A stretch of 64,000 nucleotides of DNA from an uncultured cyanobacterium (GCA_963703315.1 OY969811.1:2720001-2784000); one strand, 5' to 3'. Positions 28,079-38,589 are shown, counted from the stretch's first letter. Notes: generated by a model not told the origin, from the sequence alone. A program made the numbers and translations.

Positions 28079-28801
28079 TTAGCTTTGATTTGCTTTGACT
28101 TTCTCTAGAGCGATCGCCTTAGGAAACAGCACATTGTTTTCCTTGTGAATATGTTGGTGCATATCTTGCTCAAAGTTTAGCAAACCATCAAGCATGGCGC
28201 GATAGGTGTTACAAGCCCAGTCAGGGGCAGTGTAATTATCCGTGAGTTGACGCAATTGACCGAGGGCAATGCCAGCTTCATCATGCTCAAATTCCATTTG
28301 ATGTACAGGATTAGCGATCGTGCCGCAATGGAAAGATGGAACTGTGGCGCTAGATTCTAACTGACGGATCATCGGGAATAAAATCTTTTCTTCCTTCTGT
28401 AAATGTGTTTCTAATTCTTGAGATACAGCGAGAAATATATCTTTGATTTGGTGGAGGCGTGGTTCCTTCTCACCATGTACCGCCGCGACTTTGGTTACCA
28501 TCTTCTCCAAGCGAGGTAGCTCAGTATGCAGATAAGCATGGTGAGTATATTCGATGTGATCAGCTAGTTCGGTGAGGGATAAATTCGCGACGGTTATCTC
28601 AGGATCTTCAGTTGAATTAGCGATCGCCTCTAGTTGGATGAGAAATGTCTGCGGATCAATACCTTGCTTGCGACAGGCTTCATCAATTGTTTTCTTGCCG
28701 CCACAACAATAGTCAACTTTGGCTTGTTCAAACAATCGAGAAAGAGAAGGGCGATCGCGCACAATTTCGCCGACGGTATCGCTGATTTGAAAAGTTGCCA
28801 T
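28079..28801 (-). CDS. ric: Iron-sulfur cluster repair di-iron protein (RIC/ScdA/YtfE)
   Basis: DYCCGG, HHAYL, HLQKEEKILFP, EHDEAG, HIHKENNVLFP hemerythrin motifs. Confidence 0.93.
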   Translation of the reverse strand: MATFQISDTVGEIVRDRPSLSRLFEQAKVDYCCGGKKTIDEACRKQGIDPQTFLIQLEAIANSTEDPEITVANLSLTELADHIEYTHHAYLHTELPRLEKMVTKVAAVHGEKEPRLHQIKDIFLAVSQELETHLQKEEKILFPMIRQLESSATVPSFHCGTIANPVHQMEFEHDEAGIALGQLRQLTDNYTAPDWACNTYRAMLDGLLNFEQDMHQHIHKENNVLFPKAIALEKVKANQS

Positions 28802-28864
28802 ATATTTAGTTTCCTGTTTGTTCTACTTCGAGAGTGCGGCTTTGCCGCGCTTTCGAGAAAATAA

Positions 28865-29239
28865 TTAGCCGTTCAAGACATCTTTCTTATGTTGAGGAGC
28901 CGCCGCTACTGCCGCCACCTCTCCCAAAAGATCATCAGGTACGCCCATTTCTTTGAGGGTGAGCATCAAATCCTCGGCAACCGCATCAAAGTGATCGCTG
29001 TTTAAACCTTGATGTGCCACTAGATCCTTGTGAGCTTCACGCATCTGCGCCCCACTATATTTGTCAGTACCACCAAAGGCATAGGTGAGAAAAGCTTTTT
29101 GGTGCATTCGTTGCTTTTGCATATCGGTATTCTCAAAAAAGTGTTTGATGCGATCGTCCTGCAACACTCTTTCATAGAAGCGATCGACCGCGATATCAAA
29201 CGCTTCAGCACCACCAAGTTTTTCAAATAATGTTGTCAT
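28865..29239 (-). CDS. glbN: Group 1 truncated hemoglobin (cyanoglobin)
   Basis: LFEKLGG...FYERVLQDDRIKHFF...HQKAFLTYAFGGTDKY...MREAHKDL...HFDAVAEDL...HKKDVLN, near-identical in layout to Synechocystis GlbN including the three His. Confidence 0.93.
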   Translation of the reverse strand: MTTLFEKLGGAEAFDIAVDRFYERVLQDDRIKHFFENTDMQKQRMHQKAFLTYAFGGTDKYSGAQMREAHKDLVAHQGLNSDHFDAVAEDLMLTLKEMGVPDDLLGEVAAVAAAPQHKKDVLNG

Positions 29240-29302
29240 GGGATTTCTTTTTTTCTACTTATCTACTGCTGACAGCATAAAAGAAGATCAGGGGATTAGT
29301 CT

Positions 29303-29316
29303 TTGACTTAAGTCAA
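29303..29316. promoter_or_regulatory. Fnr/Dnr-type operator between divergent glbN-ric and the Crp/Fnr gene
   Basis: Perfect palindrome TTGAC-TTAA-GTCAA (TTGA-N6-TCAA). Confidence 0.75.
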
Positions 29317-29337
29317 GAACAACCTTAAAATATTCTT

Positions 29338-29422
29338 ATATAGCTGTCGCCAGTCTTGTTAGGACATAAACCCCAAAAGATGAATGGCGGCGCTTCGCGC
29401 CGCCATTCATCTTTTGGGGTTT
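29338..29422. repeat. Palindromic repeat (GCGGCGC core family) just upstream of the Crp/Fnr start
   Basis: tatagctgtcgccagtcttgttaggacat-aaaccccaaaagatgaatggcggcgc-ttc-gcgccgccattcatcttttggggttt. Confidence 0.85.
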
Positions 29423-29429
29423 GAGGCAA

Positions 29430-30110
29430 ATGTTAAATAGATTCGCCTTGAGTGAATGGTTACAAAGCATTCTAATCTTTCAGGGATCATCGGCAGAGCA
29501 GCTAGTTCCTTTAGCTCAGATTGCCCATCTGCAAACCTTCAAAAAAGATGAGACAATCTTCCATCAAGGTAATGAAGCAACAGGATTTTTTGTTGTCCAA
29601 ACTGGACGTGTCAAGGTAATTAAGACAGCATCTAATGGAAAAGAACATATTCTACATTTATTAAATAGATGTGATTACTTTGCCGAAGTTGCCACCTTTG
29701 ATGGCAAGGCTTTTCCAGCTTCAGCGATCGCACTAGAAGATACAGAATTAATCTTTTTCCCTCGGTTAGCTTTTCTAGATCTACTCCATCAAGATCCTGC
29801 GATCGCGATTAGTATGCTGACAAGTTTGGCAACCCGATCGCGTAAATTGGCGCAGATGGTGGAAGATCTCTCGTTTAAAGAAGTGCCACAGAGATTAGCG
29901 GCTTATTTACTGGATTTAAGCGATCGCGCTAATGGTGATCAAGTTATCCATCTAGATGTTACCAAAACTCAACTAGCTTCTATTTTAGGGACAATTTCGG
30001 CAACCCTCTCTAGAGCATTCTTGCATCTCAGCGATGAGGGATTAATTGCCATTCATGGTTCACATATTGAATTATTGGATCGCGATCGCTTGCAAGATTT
30101 AAGCGATTGA
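29430..30110 (+). CDS. Crp/Fnr family transcriptional regulator
   Basis: IFHQGNEATGFFVVQTGRVKV cNMP-fold; QRLAAYL; TKTQLASILGTISATLSR HTH. Confidence 0.92.
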   Translation: MLNRFALSEWLQSILIFQGSSAEQLVPLAQIAHLQTFKKDETIFHQGNEATGFFVVQTGRVKVIKTASNGKEHILHLLNRCDYFAEVATFDGKAFPASAIALEDTELIFFPRLAFLDLLHQDPAIAISMLTSLATRSRKLAQMVEDLSFKEVPQRLAAYLLDLSDRANGDQVIHLDVTKTQLASILGTISATLSRAFLHLSDEGLIAIHGSHIELLDRDRLQDLSD

Positions 30111-30276
30111 TTCCAGAATAAGAGTCCCAAGAGCATGATCAATATATTTATATCTTTTTCGTTTTTATGGGAGGGATGATGAAACACTCCTCCGTAAACA
30201 AAAAAACTGTGGCGCACGCTGCGCGTGCGCCACAGTTTTTGGCTCTAGTTTTTAATTATGCCCAGCTAATTAGTAG

Positions 30277-31449
30277 CTAGTATTTAGGAACCGAAGGATC
30301 GATCTGATCGCTCCATGCATTGATACCGCCCTGTACATTGATCCCATCAATGCCAGCTTGCTTGAGAATGCCCAGAGCCTTCATCGATCGCCCACCCATT
30401 TTGCAATGCGCGATCAGTTTATGCCCATTGAGCAACGACTTGACCTTTTCCACACCATTACCATTTTCGATTTCTGGTAAAGGCACTAGCACTGTATTGG
30501 GGATTCTGCCAATTTCCCATTCATTAGGGTTACGCACATCGATGATCACATAGTCCGATGCACCAGCATCAATGATCTCTTTGAGTTCTTTAACGGTAAT
30601 TTCGGCGATCGCCTTTTGTGCTTCCATTTCGGTTTCTTTTTGTTGAGGAATACCACAGAACTGCTGATAATCAATCAATTCGGTGATGACGGGACGCACT
30701 GGATTGGGACGCAGCTTGAGTTCGCGGAAGGTCATCTTCAAGGCATCGTAAAGCAACAAACGTCCACTCAGAGTATTGCCTTGTCCCAGAATGATTTTCA
30801 CGGTTTCTGTAGCTTGGATCACCCCAATGATTCCCGGCAAAATCCCTAAAACGCCGCCTTCAGCGCAGGAAGGAACTAGCCCAGGTGGTGGTGGCTCTGG
30901 GTAAAGATCGCGATAGTTAGGACCACCTTCATAATTGAAGACGGTAGCCTGTCCTTCAAAGCGGAAGATGGAGCCGTAGACGTTAGGCTTATTGAGTAAG
31001 ACACAGGCATCATTGACCAGATAGCGTGTGGGGAAGTTATCCGTACCATCCACAACAATGTCATAGGGAGCCATGATCTCTAGAGCATTGGCTGAGGATA
31101 GATGCGTGTTGTACAGATCAATTTGGCAATAGGGATTGATCTCCAAGATCCGCGCTTTAGCAGACTCGATCTTGGGTTTACCAACAGTACTAGTGCCATG
31201 AATGATTTGACGTTGCAGGTTGGAGGTATCCACCACATCGAAGTCCACGATACCGATGCGTCCGACACCTGCGGCGGCGAGGTATAACAACAAGGGCGCA
31301 CCCAAGCCACCCGTACCGATACACAGTACGCTAGCAGCCTTGAGGCGTTTTTGTCCTTCTACGCCAACCTCAGGCAAGATCAGGTGACGTGAGTAGCGCT
31401 CATAGTCATCTTGAGTGAGTTGAATCGAATTTGGGTCTGGGTTGAGCAT
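30277..31449 (-). CDS. moeB: Molybdopterin-synthase adenylyltransferase MoeB with C-terminal rhodanese domain
   Basis: RYSRHLILPEVG, GTGGLG, DFDVVDTSNLQRQ, DGTDNF, PSCAEGGV, DVRNPNEW, HCKMGGRS. Confidence 0.95.
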   Translation of the reverse strand: MLNPDPNSIQLTQDDYERYSRHLILPEVGVEGQKRLKAASVLCIGTGGLGAPLLLYLAAAGVGRIGIVDFDVVDTSNLQRQIIHGTSTVGKPKIESAKARILEINPYCQIDLYNTHLSSANALEIMAPYDIVVDGTDNFPTRYLVNDACVLLNKPNVYGSIFRFEGQATVFNYEGGPNYRDLYPEPPPPGLVPSCAEGGVLGILPGIIGVIQATETVKIILGQGNTLSGRLLLYDALKMTFRELKLRPNPVRPVITELIDYQQFCGIPQQKETEMEAQKAIAEITVKELKEIIDAGASDYVIIDVRNPNEWEIGRIPNTVLVPLPEIENGNGVEKVKSLLNGHKLIAHCKMGGRSMKALGILKQAGIDGINVQGGINAWSDQIDPSVPKY

Positions 31450-31610
31450 GATTAAATAAATCGCACTTGGATGACAAAGGCAATCTTAATTAGCGATCGC
31501 CTTTGCTGATTTGTGACGTGTTTTTGTATTTCTATTGTAGTTTCCTAGTTTACGCTTTAGTGCGATGTTGTATGTTGGTTGCAGTTGGCTTAACTGCCAT
31601 AACTACGATA

Positions 31611-31702
31611 TATAGCTGTCACCATTTACACTAAGTCCAAAAAGCGAGTGGCGGCGCTTCGCGCCACCACTCGCTTTTTGGGTTAAGACTGGCAACAGCT
31701 AT
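31611..31702. repeat. TATAGC-ended palindromic element (GCGGCGC core family)
   Basis: tatagctgtcacca...ccaaaaagcgagtggcggcgc-ttc-gcgccaccactcgctttttgg...tggcaacagctata. Confidence 0.8.
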
Positions 31703-31834
31703 AAAATTTACAAAAGTTTAGATTTTCAATCATTGCTAAGTAACTTCTCCGCAAGCTGTTCTGCCTGATACACGGACGGAACAGCTTGCGGGTTTTATAC
31801 TTAAATTAGAGTGTGACTAAATCCACGCAGTACT

Positions 31835-32098
31835 ATGGAGCTTATGGACACCCCTTACATTTACTACATTCCCATCTACCCTGACGATGATAATTGCGAA
31901 ACTCTAATGCACCTATTCATCGGTCAGCCTGGTTTAGATAACGAAATTCTCAGCTTACTGGAAACTCTGGATGATCGCGAACATTCAGGTGAAGCGGTTG
32001 ACTATGTTCATGAGCTAGAAAACAAGTTTGACTTAAAGCGAGTTTCCGTGAGATTTTTGCCGAGAAAACGCGATCGCGCCGTGCCAATCATGACTTAA
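31835..32098 (+). CDS. Hypothetical protein (87 aa)
   Basis: ATG-started ORF in otherwise intergenic space; no recognised motif. Confidence 0.5.
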   Translation: MELMDTPYIYYIPIYPDDDNCETLMHLFIGQPGLDNEILSLLETLDDREHSGEAVDYVHELENKFDLKRVSVRFLPRKRDRAVPIMT

Positions 32099-32298
32099 AG
32101 AACACACAGAATCAAGAACCCGATTTTTTGTGGCGTGGCTTCGCCACAAAAAATTGGGTTCTTATCACACCCTAAACAAAAAAGTCGTGCGAAGCGCGAC
32201 TTTTTTGTTTAGGGTGTGATATCCCCACTTCGGTTAATTTCTGTAAAGTTGACCAAGCTTGTAAAATTAGAATAGATGTAAGTAAGCAGAGCAATAAA

Positions 32299-32622
32299 AT
32301 GGCATTTTTTGATTCTGAAATTGTTCAACATGAAGCTCGTAATCTATTCCAAGATTATCAAGCTCTGACTCAGCTTGGCGGTAGTTATGGCAAGTTCGAT
32401 CGCGAAGGCAAAATTCTCTTCATTGAAAAAATGGAAGAGATGATGGATCGTTATAAAATTTTTATGAAGCGCTTTGAACTTTCTGATGATTTCATGGCGC
32501 AAATGACTTTGAAGCAATTGGAAAGTCAGTTAGGTAATTTTGGGATCACACCGCAGCAAATGTTTGATCAGATGAATATGACTTTAGAAAGAATGAAATC
32601 TGAACTTGAACTGCATAATTAA
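32299..32622 (+). CDS. DUF1825 family protein
   Basis: MAFFDSEIVQ...YGKFDREGK...FMKRFELSDDF...TPQQMFDQM. Confidence 0.9.
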   Translation: MAFFDSEIVQHEARNLFQDYQALTQLGGSYGKFDREGKILFIEKMEEMMDRYKIFMKRFELSDDFMAQMTLKQLESQLGNFGITPQQMFDQMNMTLERMKSELELHN

Positions 32623-32640
32623 TTAGCTGTTAGCTATTGG

Positions 32641-33363
32641 CTATTGGCTTTTAAATTGGGGACGGGCAATAACGATGACACCACATACCTTAATGCTGCT
32701 GGCGGTAAAAGTGGCGATCGCTTCGCGGATAGTTGCACCAGTCGTATAAATATCATCAAATAGAATCACGTCTTGATGATTAAATTGGCGATTTGATGGA
32801 ACTGTAAAAGCCCTAGACAAATTCTGCTCACGCTCTTGTTTACTTTTTGTTTGCATTTGCGCCTTAGTGTCTTTAACTCTTTGCAATAATTTGGGGTGGC
32901 ATGGCATAGCAGTCAAGTCACAAAATCTACGGGCGAGTATTTCTGCTTGGTTAAATCCTCGTGATTTTAATTTGTTGTCATGGAGGGGAATGGGAACTAC
33001 GGCTATTTTCTTGAAGTTGGGGATTTGCATACTTGGCGATCGCTTCCACGTGTCGGCAATTTTTTTAGCGATCGCTTCCATAATTTCAGGATGATTTTCA
33101 TATTTGCAAGCGGCAATCGCCCGTTTCAATGCGCCATCATAAATCCCCCAACTATAAAGGGGAATCTCTGGGGCAATGGGATCATCTTTTTGTAAGAATT
33201 CTGGTGATTGATAAGCAGTAATTTGGCGATCGCAATCTTTGCATAAGATTCCATCCGCAGGACGCTTACATAATGGACAATTTGCTTGCCAAAGAGAATC
33301 TTTAGCAATATTTGCGATGCGATCAATTTTCAAACTGCTACCAATCGATTTGAGCCATTCCAT
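32641..33363 (-). CDS. comF: ComF family competence/phosphoribosyltransferase-like protein
   Basis: CPLC...LCKDC zinc finger, VPIPLH...RGFNQA, LFDDIYTTGAT. Confidence 0.88.
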   Translation of the reverse strand: MEWLKSIGSSLKIDRIANIAKDSLWQANCPLCKRPADGILCKDCDRQITAYQSPEFLQKDDPIAPEIPLYSWGIYDGALKRAIAACKYENHPEIMEAIAKKIADTWKRSPSMQIPNFKKIAVVPIPLHDNKLKSRGFNQAEILARRFCDLTAMPCHPKLLQRVKDTKAQMQTKSKQEREQNLSRAFTVPSNRQFNHQDVILFDDIYTTGATIREAIATFTASSIKVCGVIVIARPQFKSQ

Positions 33364-33369
33364 AGCTGC

Positions 33370-33792
33370 TTAAATATTACTGATTGCAAAAAAATTTTCA
33401 ACAGTGACGATAGGACAAGAAAAGCTGTCTGACAGACAAAGTAAATCGCGATCGCCTGTCACCAAATAGTCGGCACGACCAACAACGGCTAAAAATAAAA
33501 AAGGTTCATCAAAAGGATCTCGACATTCAGGAATTGGTGGCAATTGAGAAGGCATCAATACAGTGTCGCAATGAGGCAAATAGTCTGACAATAAATTCTC
33601 CTGCTCAGCTTTTGTGAGTTTGAATTTGGGATAAGCCAGCACTCGAATTAGCTCAGTAATTGTTGCTTTAGACGCTAAAGGGATAAACCTATTACTCTGC
33701 CATGCTAGCCGTAGCCGTGCAGTGTTGCCACCAAAAACTAAGGCTGACAACACCAAATTAGTATCTATCACCACTCGGAAATTATCGGTCAT
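33370..33792 (-). CDS. PIN-domain toxin
   Basis: RVVIDTNLVLSAL, CRDPFDEPFL, ADYLVTGDRDLL; start overlaps the antitoxin stop. Confidence 0.9.
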   Translation of the reverse strand: MTDNFRVVIDTNLVLSALVFGGNTARLRLAWQSNRFIPLASKATITELIRVLAYPKFKLTKAEQENLLSDYLPHCDTVLMPSQLPPIPECRDPFDEPFLFLAVVGRADYLVTGDRDLLCLSDSFSCPIVTVENFFAISNI

Positions 33793-34010
33793 TACTTCCT
33801 TGCCCAAGTTACGGCATCAGCAATGTCCTGTTCAGTCAAATTCAAAGCAGCTAATTTAGCCCTCACTGCATCCGTATTTTGTATTTTTACAGGTGTAAGG
33901 ATAATCTGTCCCTCCACAACCTTTACATCAAAATATTTTGTATCTCCAATTTCCTTTTTGATGCTTTTAGGAAGTGTAAGCTGATTTTTAGAGGTTAACT
34001 TAGCAAGCAT
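33792..34010 (-). CDS. AbrB/MazE family antitoxin
   Basis: MLAKLTSKNQLTLPKSI...GQIILTPV. Confidence 0.88.
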   Translation of the reverse strand: MLAKLTSKNQLTLPKSIKKEIGDTKYFDVKVVEGQIILTPVKIQNTDAVRAKLAALNLTEQDIADAVTWARK

Positions 34011-34037
34011 AATAAACTTCCTGAATTTTTAATATGA

Positions 34038-34187
34038 TAGGACTTACGCAAACTAACCAAGAACTCAAGTTCTTGGCTGAAAGCTAAAGTCAGCTAAAGC
34101 AGACTAAAACACTCCTATGATCAACCCGTTTCAACGGGTTTAAGCTTTTAGCCCGTAATTTATTACAGGGCTGTTGCGTAAGTCCTA
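34038..34187. mobile_element. MITE, 150 bp, TIR TAGGACTTACGCA, copy 2
   Basis: Near-identical to 2140-2290; lies about 28 bp upstream of the antitoxin start codon. Confidence 0.85.
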
Positions 34188-34287
34188 TATGAAATATAAG
34201 ATTTCTTTGATTTATTATACTCTCGCTACATTCTTCATGTTCATCAAAAACCTAAAAGAGAGTTGCGGCGCAACTCTCTTTTAGGTT

Positions 34288-36171
34288 TTATTCAACAGTG
34301 ACAGATTTCGCAAGATTACGAGGTTGATCGACATCTAAACCTCGATGGGCTGCCACATGATAGGACAGTAATTGCAAGGGAATCACCGTGAGAATTGGCG
34401 AGAAAATCTCATCAACTACGGGAATCGGCAGAATGTAGTCAAATACCTCATGGGCGGCGGGATCATCTAAAGGCGCAACCCCAATCAATTTTGCATCTCT
34501 AGCTTTTGCCTCTTGAGAATTAGAAAGAACCTTCTCATAGACACTACCGGGGGTAGCGATCGCCACTACAGGCACATCTTCATCCAGTAAAGCGATCGGT
34601 CCATGCTTCATCTCACCTGCGGGATAGCCTTCTGCATGAATGTAGCTAATTTCCTTGAGCTTGAGCGCACCTTCGAGGGCGATCGGGAAGTTGATGCCAC
34701 GACCTAAGAAAATAAAATCCTTAGTATGGGTAAATTGACGCGAAAGCTCCTCAATATAACGTTCTTGACTTTCGAGAATTCGTTCCATATAGGCGGGAAG
34801 TTGACGTAATCCTTCAATTAGTTCTTGGACTCTCTCTTCTGTTAATGTACCTTTATCAATACCAAATTCTAAAGCTAATAAATAGAACATTAGTAATTGA
34901 GCCACAAAGGTTTTCGTTGCGGCTACCCCAATTTCAATCCCTGCTTGAGTATCGATAACTGCATCCGAAATTCGTCCAATGGAACTTTCCACGCGATTGG
35001 TAATACCGAGACAGCGATCGCCTCTTGATTTGGCAAGTTCCAAAGCTGCCAATGTATCAGCAGTTTCACCCGATTGGGTCACGCCGATTACTAGAGTATT
35101 CTTCAAAGAAGGTGGTGGTGAATAGCGATATTCTGAAGCATACTGCACGCTAGTGGGAACGCCTGCAATCTGCTCTAGTAGATATTTCCCCACTAAAGAG
35201 GCGTGCCAACTGGTTCCACAGGCAAGAATCTCTACCCGTTCAATGGAATTGATAAATCCCGTAGGCAGCCCTAACTGAATTTGATTGGCTTCACTAATAT
35301 AACTAGCTAGCCCTGCGCGAAATACTCCTGGTTGCTCATAGATTTCCTTGAGCATATAGTGTTTGAAGCCTTGCTTCTCCACCATTGTCGGATTCCAATT
35401 CAGGGTTTGGGGCGCACGACGGAGGCGATCGCCTTTAGCATTATAAACTTGCACAGTTTCTCTAGTCAGTCTGGCAATTTCACCATTCTCTAAAGGAATC
35501 ACCGTGCGGGTATAGGCAACTAGGGCAGGGGTATCAGAAGCGCAGAAGTTTTCATCTTTGCCAATGCCAATTACGAGGGGCGCTTGCTGACGCACGACAA
35601 TCAATTCATCTGGATAGTCCGCATGAATAACAGCGATCGCATAAGCTCCTTGTAACTTGCCGACTGTTAGCCTGACTGCTTCAAATAGAACGGTCGGCGA
35701 ATTGTCGGGAATAATATTGCCTAGTTTTTCCAATTGCGTCAAAAATTCGGCAATCAGATGGGGAATGACTTCGGTATCGGTTTCACTGACAAAAACATGA
35801 CCGAGTGCTTTTAACTCAGTTCGCAGTAGATGATAGTTCTCGATGATACCATTTTGGACAACGGCAAGATTTCCCATCGTATTGGTATGGGGATGGGCAT
35901 TATGTTCTTCAGGTTTTCCATGAGTTGCCCAGCGTGTATGACCAATGCCGATCGGTGCTGCGGGAGCCGTATCGGCATTTAATTTTTCTTCAAGTTGAAT
36001 CAGCTTGCCCTTGGCTCTAACCCGATGCAAACCGCGATCGGCTGGGCGATCAAGTAAAGGAATTGTGGCAACGCCTGCTGAGTCATAGCCGCGATATTCG
36101 AGCTTGCGTAGTCCTGAAATCAAAACTTCATTTGCTGAGCGATGTCCAATATAGCCAACAATTCCACACAT
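34288..36171 (-). CDS. glmS: Glutamine-fructose-6-phosphate transaminase
   Basis: MCGIVG, LEYRGYDSAG, HTRWATHG, SQSGET-like motif, QPRNLAKSVTVE. Confidence 0.97.
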   Translation of the reverse strand: MCGIVGYIGHRSANEVLISGLRKLEYRGYDSAGVATIPLLDRPADRGLHRVRAKGKLIQLEEKLNADTAPAAPIGIGHTRWATHGKPEEHNAHPHTNTMGNLAVVQNGIIENYHLLRTELKALGHVFVSETDTEVIPHLIAEFLTQLEKLGNIIPDNSPTVLFEAVRLTVGKLQGAYAIAVIHADYPDELIVVRQQAPLVIGIGKDENFCASDTPALVAYTRTVIPLENGEIARLTRETVQVYNAKGDRLRRAPQTLNWNPTMVEKQGFKHYMLKEIYEQPGVFRAGLASYISEANQIQLGLPTGFINSIERVEILACGTSWHASLVGKYLLEQIAGVPTSVQYASEYRYSPPPSLKNTLVIGVTQSGETADTLAALELAKSRGDRCLGITNRVESSIGRISDAVIDTQAGIEIGVAATKTFVAQLLMFYLLALEFGIDKGTLTEERVQELIEGLRQLPAYMERILESQERYIEELSRQFTHTKDFIFLGRGINFPIALEGALKLKEISYIHAEGYPAGEMKHGPIALLDEDVPVVAIATPGSVYEKVLSNSQEAKARDAKLIGVAPLDDPAAHEVFDYILPIPVVDEIFSPILTVIPLQLLSYHVAAHRGLDVDQPRNLAKSVTVE

Positions 36172-36201
36172 AATATCAAGTTCCTTAGCCAGTTTAGTTT
36201 T

Positions 36202-38247
36202 TTAATTACGAAGATCGGCGATCGCACTGAGGGCAACATTAGCGATCGCCTGATCGGTCGCCTTGGGCAAATGGTAATACTTGCCACCACCTGCGGCAGC
36301 GAGTTCCTTCGCAAAGCCCGTCGATACAAATTTATTTTCCGTATCAATTACCAACAATCCCATATTCAAGGCGCGAATCTTGCGACAAATATCGATTAAT
36401 TCACCTTTGATATCGGGCTTATTGTCAGGATCGATCGGTTCACCTTGCGATCGCGCTAATGGTACATTTCCTCGTCCATCGGTAATTGCCACAATGGTTA
36501 CAGAACCGACATCACCCGACTGTCTAGCATTCAAGCCCACCCGCACTGCCTGAGTTAACCCATGTGCCAGAGGTGAACCACCACCGCAGGGCATGGTATC
36601 CAAACGCCGCCTTGCTGCCTCAATGGAACGGGTGGGGGGCAATAATACATCCGCCTTTTCACCTCGGAAGGGAATTAGAGAAATCTGGTCACGGTTTTGA
36701 TAGCTATCGGTGAGCATCCGTAAAGCCGCACCCTTAGCTGACTGCATCCGATTTAATGCCATTGAGCCAGAAGCATCCACTAAGAAAATGGTTAATGCTC
36801 CCGCCTTACGCGCTAACTTCTTCGCTCTAACATCAGTACTCTCAACGATGACTTTGCGATGGGGTTGGCGCAATCTTCTCGCCTTTTGATAGGGAGCCGA
36901 AGCGCGGAGGGTGGCATCGACAGCAATGCGATCGCTCTTTCCTTGAGGTAAAACTGGCTTAATATAACGTCCACGTTCTTGGGAATAGATCACATTGCGT
37001 GTTCCCGATCGCCCTTGCTTTTGCATCGACTGCGCGAAAAATAGCACTTCAGGATCGAGAATTACCCCTTCAGGATCGAAGATAAACTCTTCAGGAATTT
37101 CAGGAGATTCATCTTCCTGCTCTTGATCCTGTTCCTGATCCTCTTGATTATCCTCCTGCTCCTGTTCACCATCATCATTGGGCGGCGGCGGTGGGGCTTG
37201 CTGTTGCTGCTGTTCAGGTGGTTGTTGCTGTTGTTCTGGAGAAAGAGGCGATCGCGGCACAATTACTAATTCCACCGCTTGACGCAAATCATCGGCATTA
37301 ACTTGAGTGCGACTTTCTAAAGCCGCCGCCGCCTTCGCTACGCGCACCGCAAATAACTCGGCACGATGTCCTTGCACACCACCACGTACTGCTTCCGCGA
37401 TTAAGTACTGCATCTGCGCTCTGGAAATGGTCACATCATTCAGCCATTCCCGCGCCAAAATAATTTGGGTTCGCAAATCATCGACATCGGCATCATAGCC
37501 ACGCAAAAAGGCTTCTGGAGAATTGGCATAATCCAACACCATATCCACAGCTTCCACCCGTTGATCGAGGGAGAGAACTCCATCGGCGGAGAGATTAACG
37601 GCAATCCGATCCATTAAATGCTGGCTCAGTGCGCCTTCCTCTGGATTGTAAGTGGCAATCAGTAAAGGTTGACAAGGGTGTTGATAGCTAATTCCTTCAC
37701 GTTCGACTTGGTTATAACCTGTGGAGAGAACCGAAAGCAGTAAATTAGAAATCTGTGGATCGAGTAGATTAATTTCGTCAATGTAGAGAACGCCACGATG
37801 CGCTTCTGCTAATAACCCCGGTTGAAATATAGTCTGACCTTCACGCACCGAACGGCTCACATCTACCGAACCAATTAACCGATCTTCAGTAATTCCCAAG
37901 GGAATTTGGATAAACGGCGCAGGAATGACTTTTGTTTGAACTTCACTAGGATCTTTATCCTGCATTGCCTTGACCAGCACATCGTCCCATGTGTCGGGTT
38001 TAGTCGGATCGCAATTACTTAGGGATTCGACAGCGACTTCGATCGGTGGCAGCAAAGCGTGAATACCACGCGCAAGGACGGATTTAGCTGTGCCGCGTCT
38101 ACCTGCGAGGGCAATCCCCCCGATCGCAGGATCGATCGCTGCTAGCAGTAAAGCGGTTTTAATCGCTTCTTGACCGACCACAGCCGCAAGGGGAAAGGTG
38201 ATCGGGGTGTAAGAGATGTTTGTGGTTAGGGGCAGCGAAGATACCAT
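36202..38247 (-). CDS. chlD: Magnesium chelatase subunit D
   Basis: AAA+ ([16 protein letters not shown]), Pro/acidic linker, v[19 protein letters not shown]. Confidence 0.96.
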   Translation of the reverse strand: MVSSLPLTTNISYTPITFPLAAVVGQEAIKTALLLAAIDPAIGGIALAGRRGTAKSVLARGIHALLPPIEVAVESLSNCDPTKPDTWDDVLVKAMQDKDPSEVQTKVIPAPFIQIPLGITEDRLIGSVDVSRSVREGQTIFQPGLLAEAHRGVLYIDEINLLDPQISNLLLSVLSTGYNQVEREGISYQHPCQPLLIATYNPEEGALSQHLMDRIAVNLSADGVLSLDQRVEAVDMVLDYANSPEAFLRGYDADVDDLRTQIILAREWLNDVTISRAQMQYLIAEAVRGGVQGHRAELFAVRVAKAAAALESRTQVNADDLRQAVELVIVPRSPLSPEQQQQPPEQQQQQAPPPPPNDDGEQEQEDNQEDQEQDQEQEDESPEIPEEFIFDPEGVILDPEVLFFAQSMQKQGRSGTRNVIYSQERGRYIKPVLPQGKSDRIAVDATLRASAPYQKARRLRQPHRKVIVESTDVRAKKLARKAGALTIFLVDASGSMALNRMQSAKGAALRMLTDSYQNRDQISLIPFRGEKADVLLPPTRSIEAARRRLDTMPCGGGSPLAHGLTQAVRVGLNARQSGDVGSVTIVAITDGRGNVPLARSQGEPIDPDNKPDIKGELIDICRKIRALNMGLLVIDTENKFVSTGFAKELAAAGGGKYYHLPKATDQAIANVALSAIADLRN

Positions 38248-38533
38248 GCGATCGGGTTATTAGGTTGGAAAATGTAAAAATTTTAAGAAATGAAATTTTA
38301 AGCTTCGGGTTGATTATAGCGTTTACTTGATTTGCATGAGAAGAAAAGTTGACACGGAGTAGCGATCGCGCCCCTGTTGTTTAGCTTGATAGAGATCATT
38401 ATCGGTCGATATTATAGGCGAATCGCTAGGTTTATCTAAGTATTATGAGCAAATGACTAATTGACTAAACCTGTTAAGCTATGTCAATTAGAAGCTATAA
38501 ATCTCCATTAAAATCTCCATTAAAATTTTAGCA

Positions 38534-38589
38534 GTTTAGGTATAGCGGTTTAGGTATATCGGTTTAGGTATATCGGTTTAGGTGTAGCA
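38534..38589 (+). repeat. Four tandem 14-bp repeats abutting the kinase start
   Basis: gtttaggtatagcg / gtttaggtatatcg / gtttaggtatatcg / gtttaggtgtagca, then GTG start at 38590. Confidence 0.85.

Noticed and set aside
31749..31791. Hairpin ccgcaagctgttc...gaacagcttgcgg as an ncRNA
   Set aside because: A single stem with no family resemblance I can support; may be a terminator or 5' UTR structure.
36172..36201. glmS ribozyme
   Set aside because: Only 30 bp separate chlD and glmS; no room and no motif.
37088..37240. Low-complexity Q/P/E/D repeats in chlD
   Set aside because: Normal proline-rich/acidic linker of ChlD.
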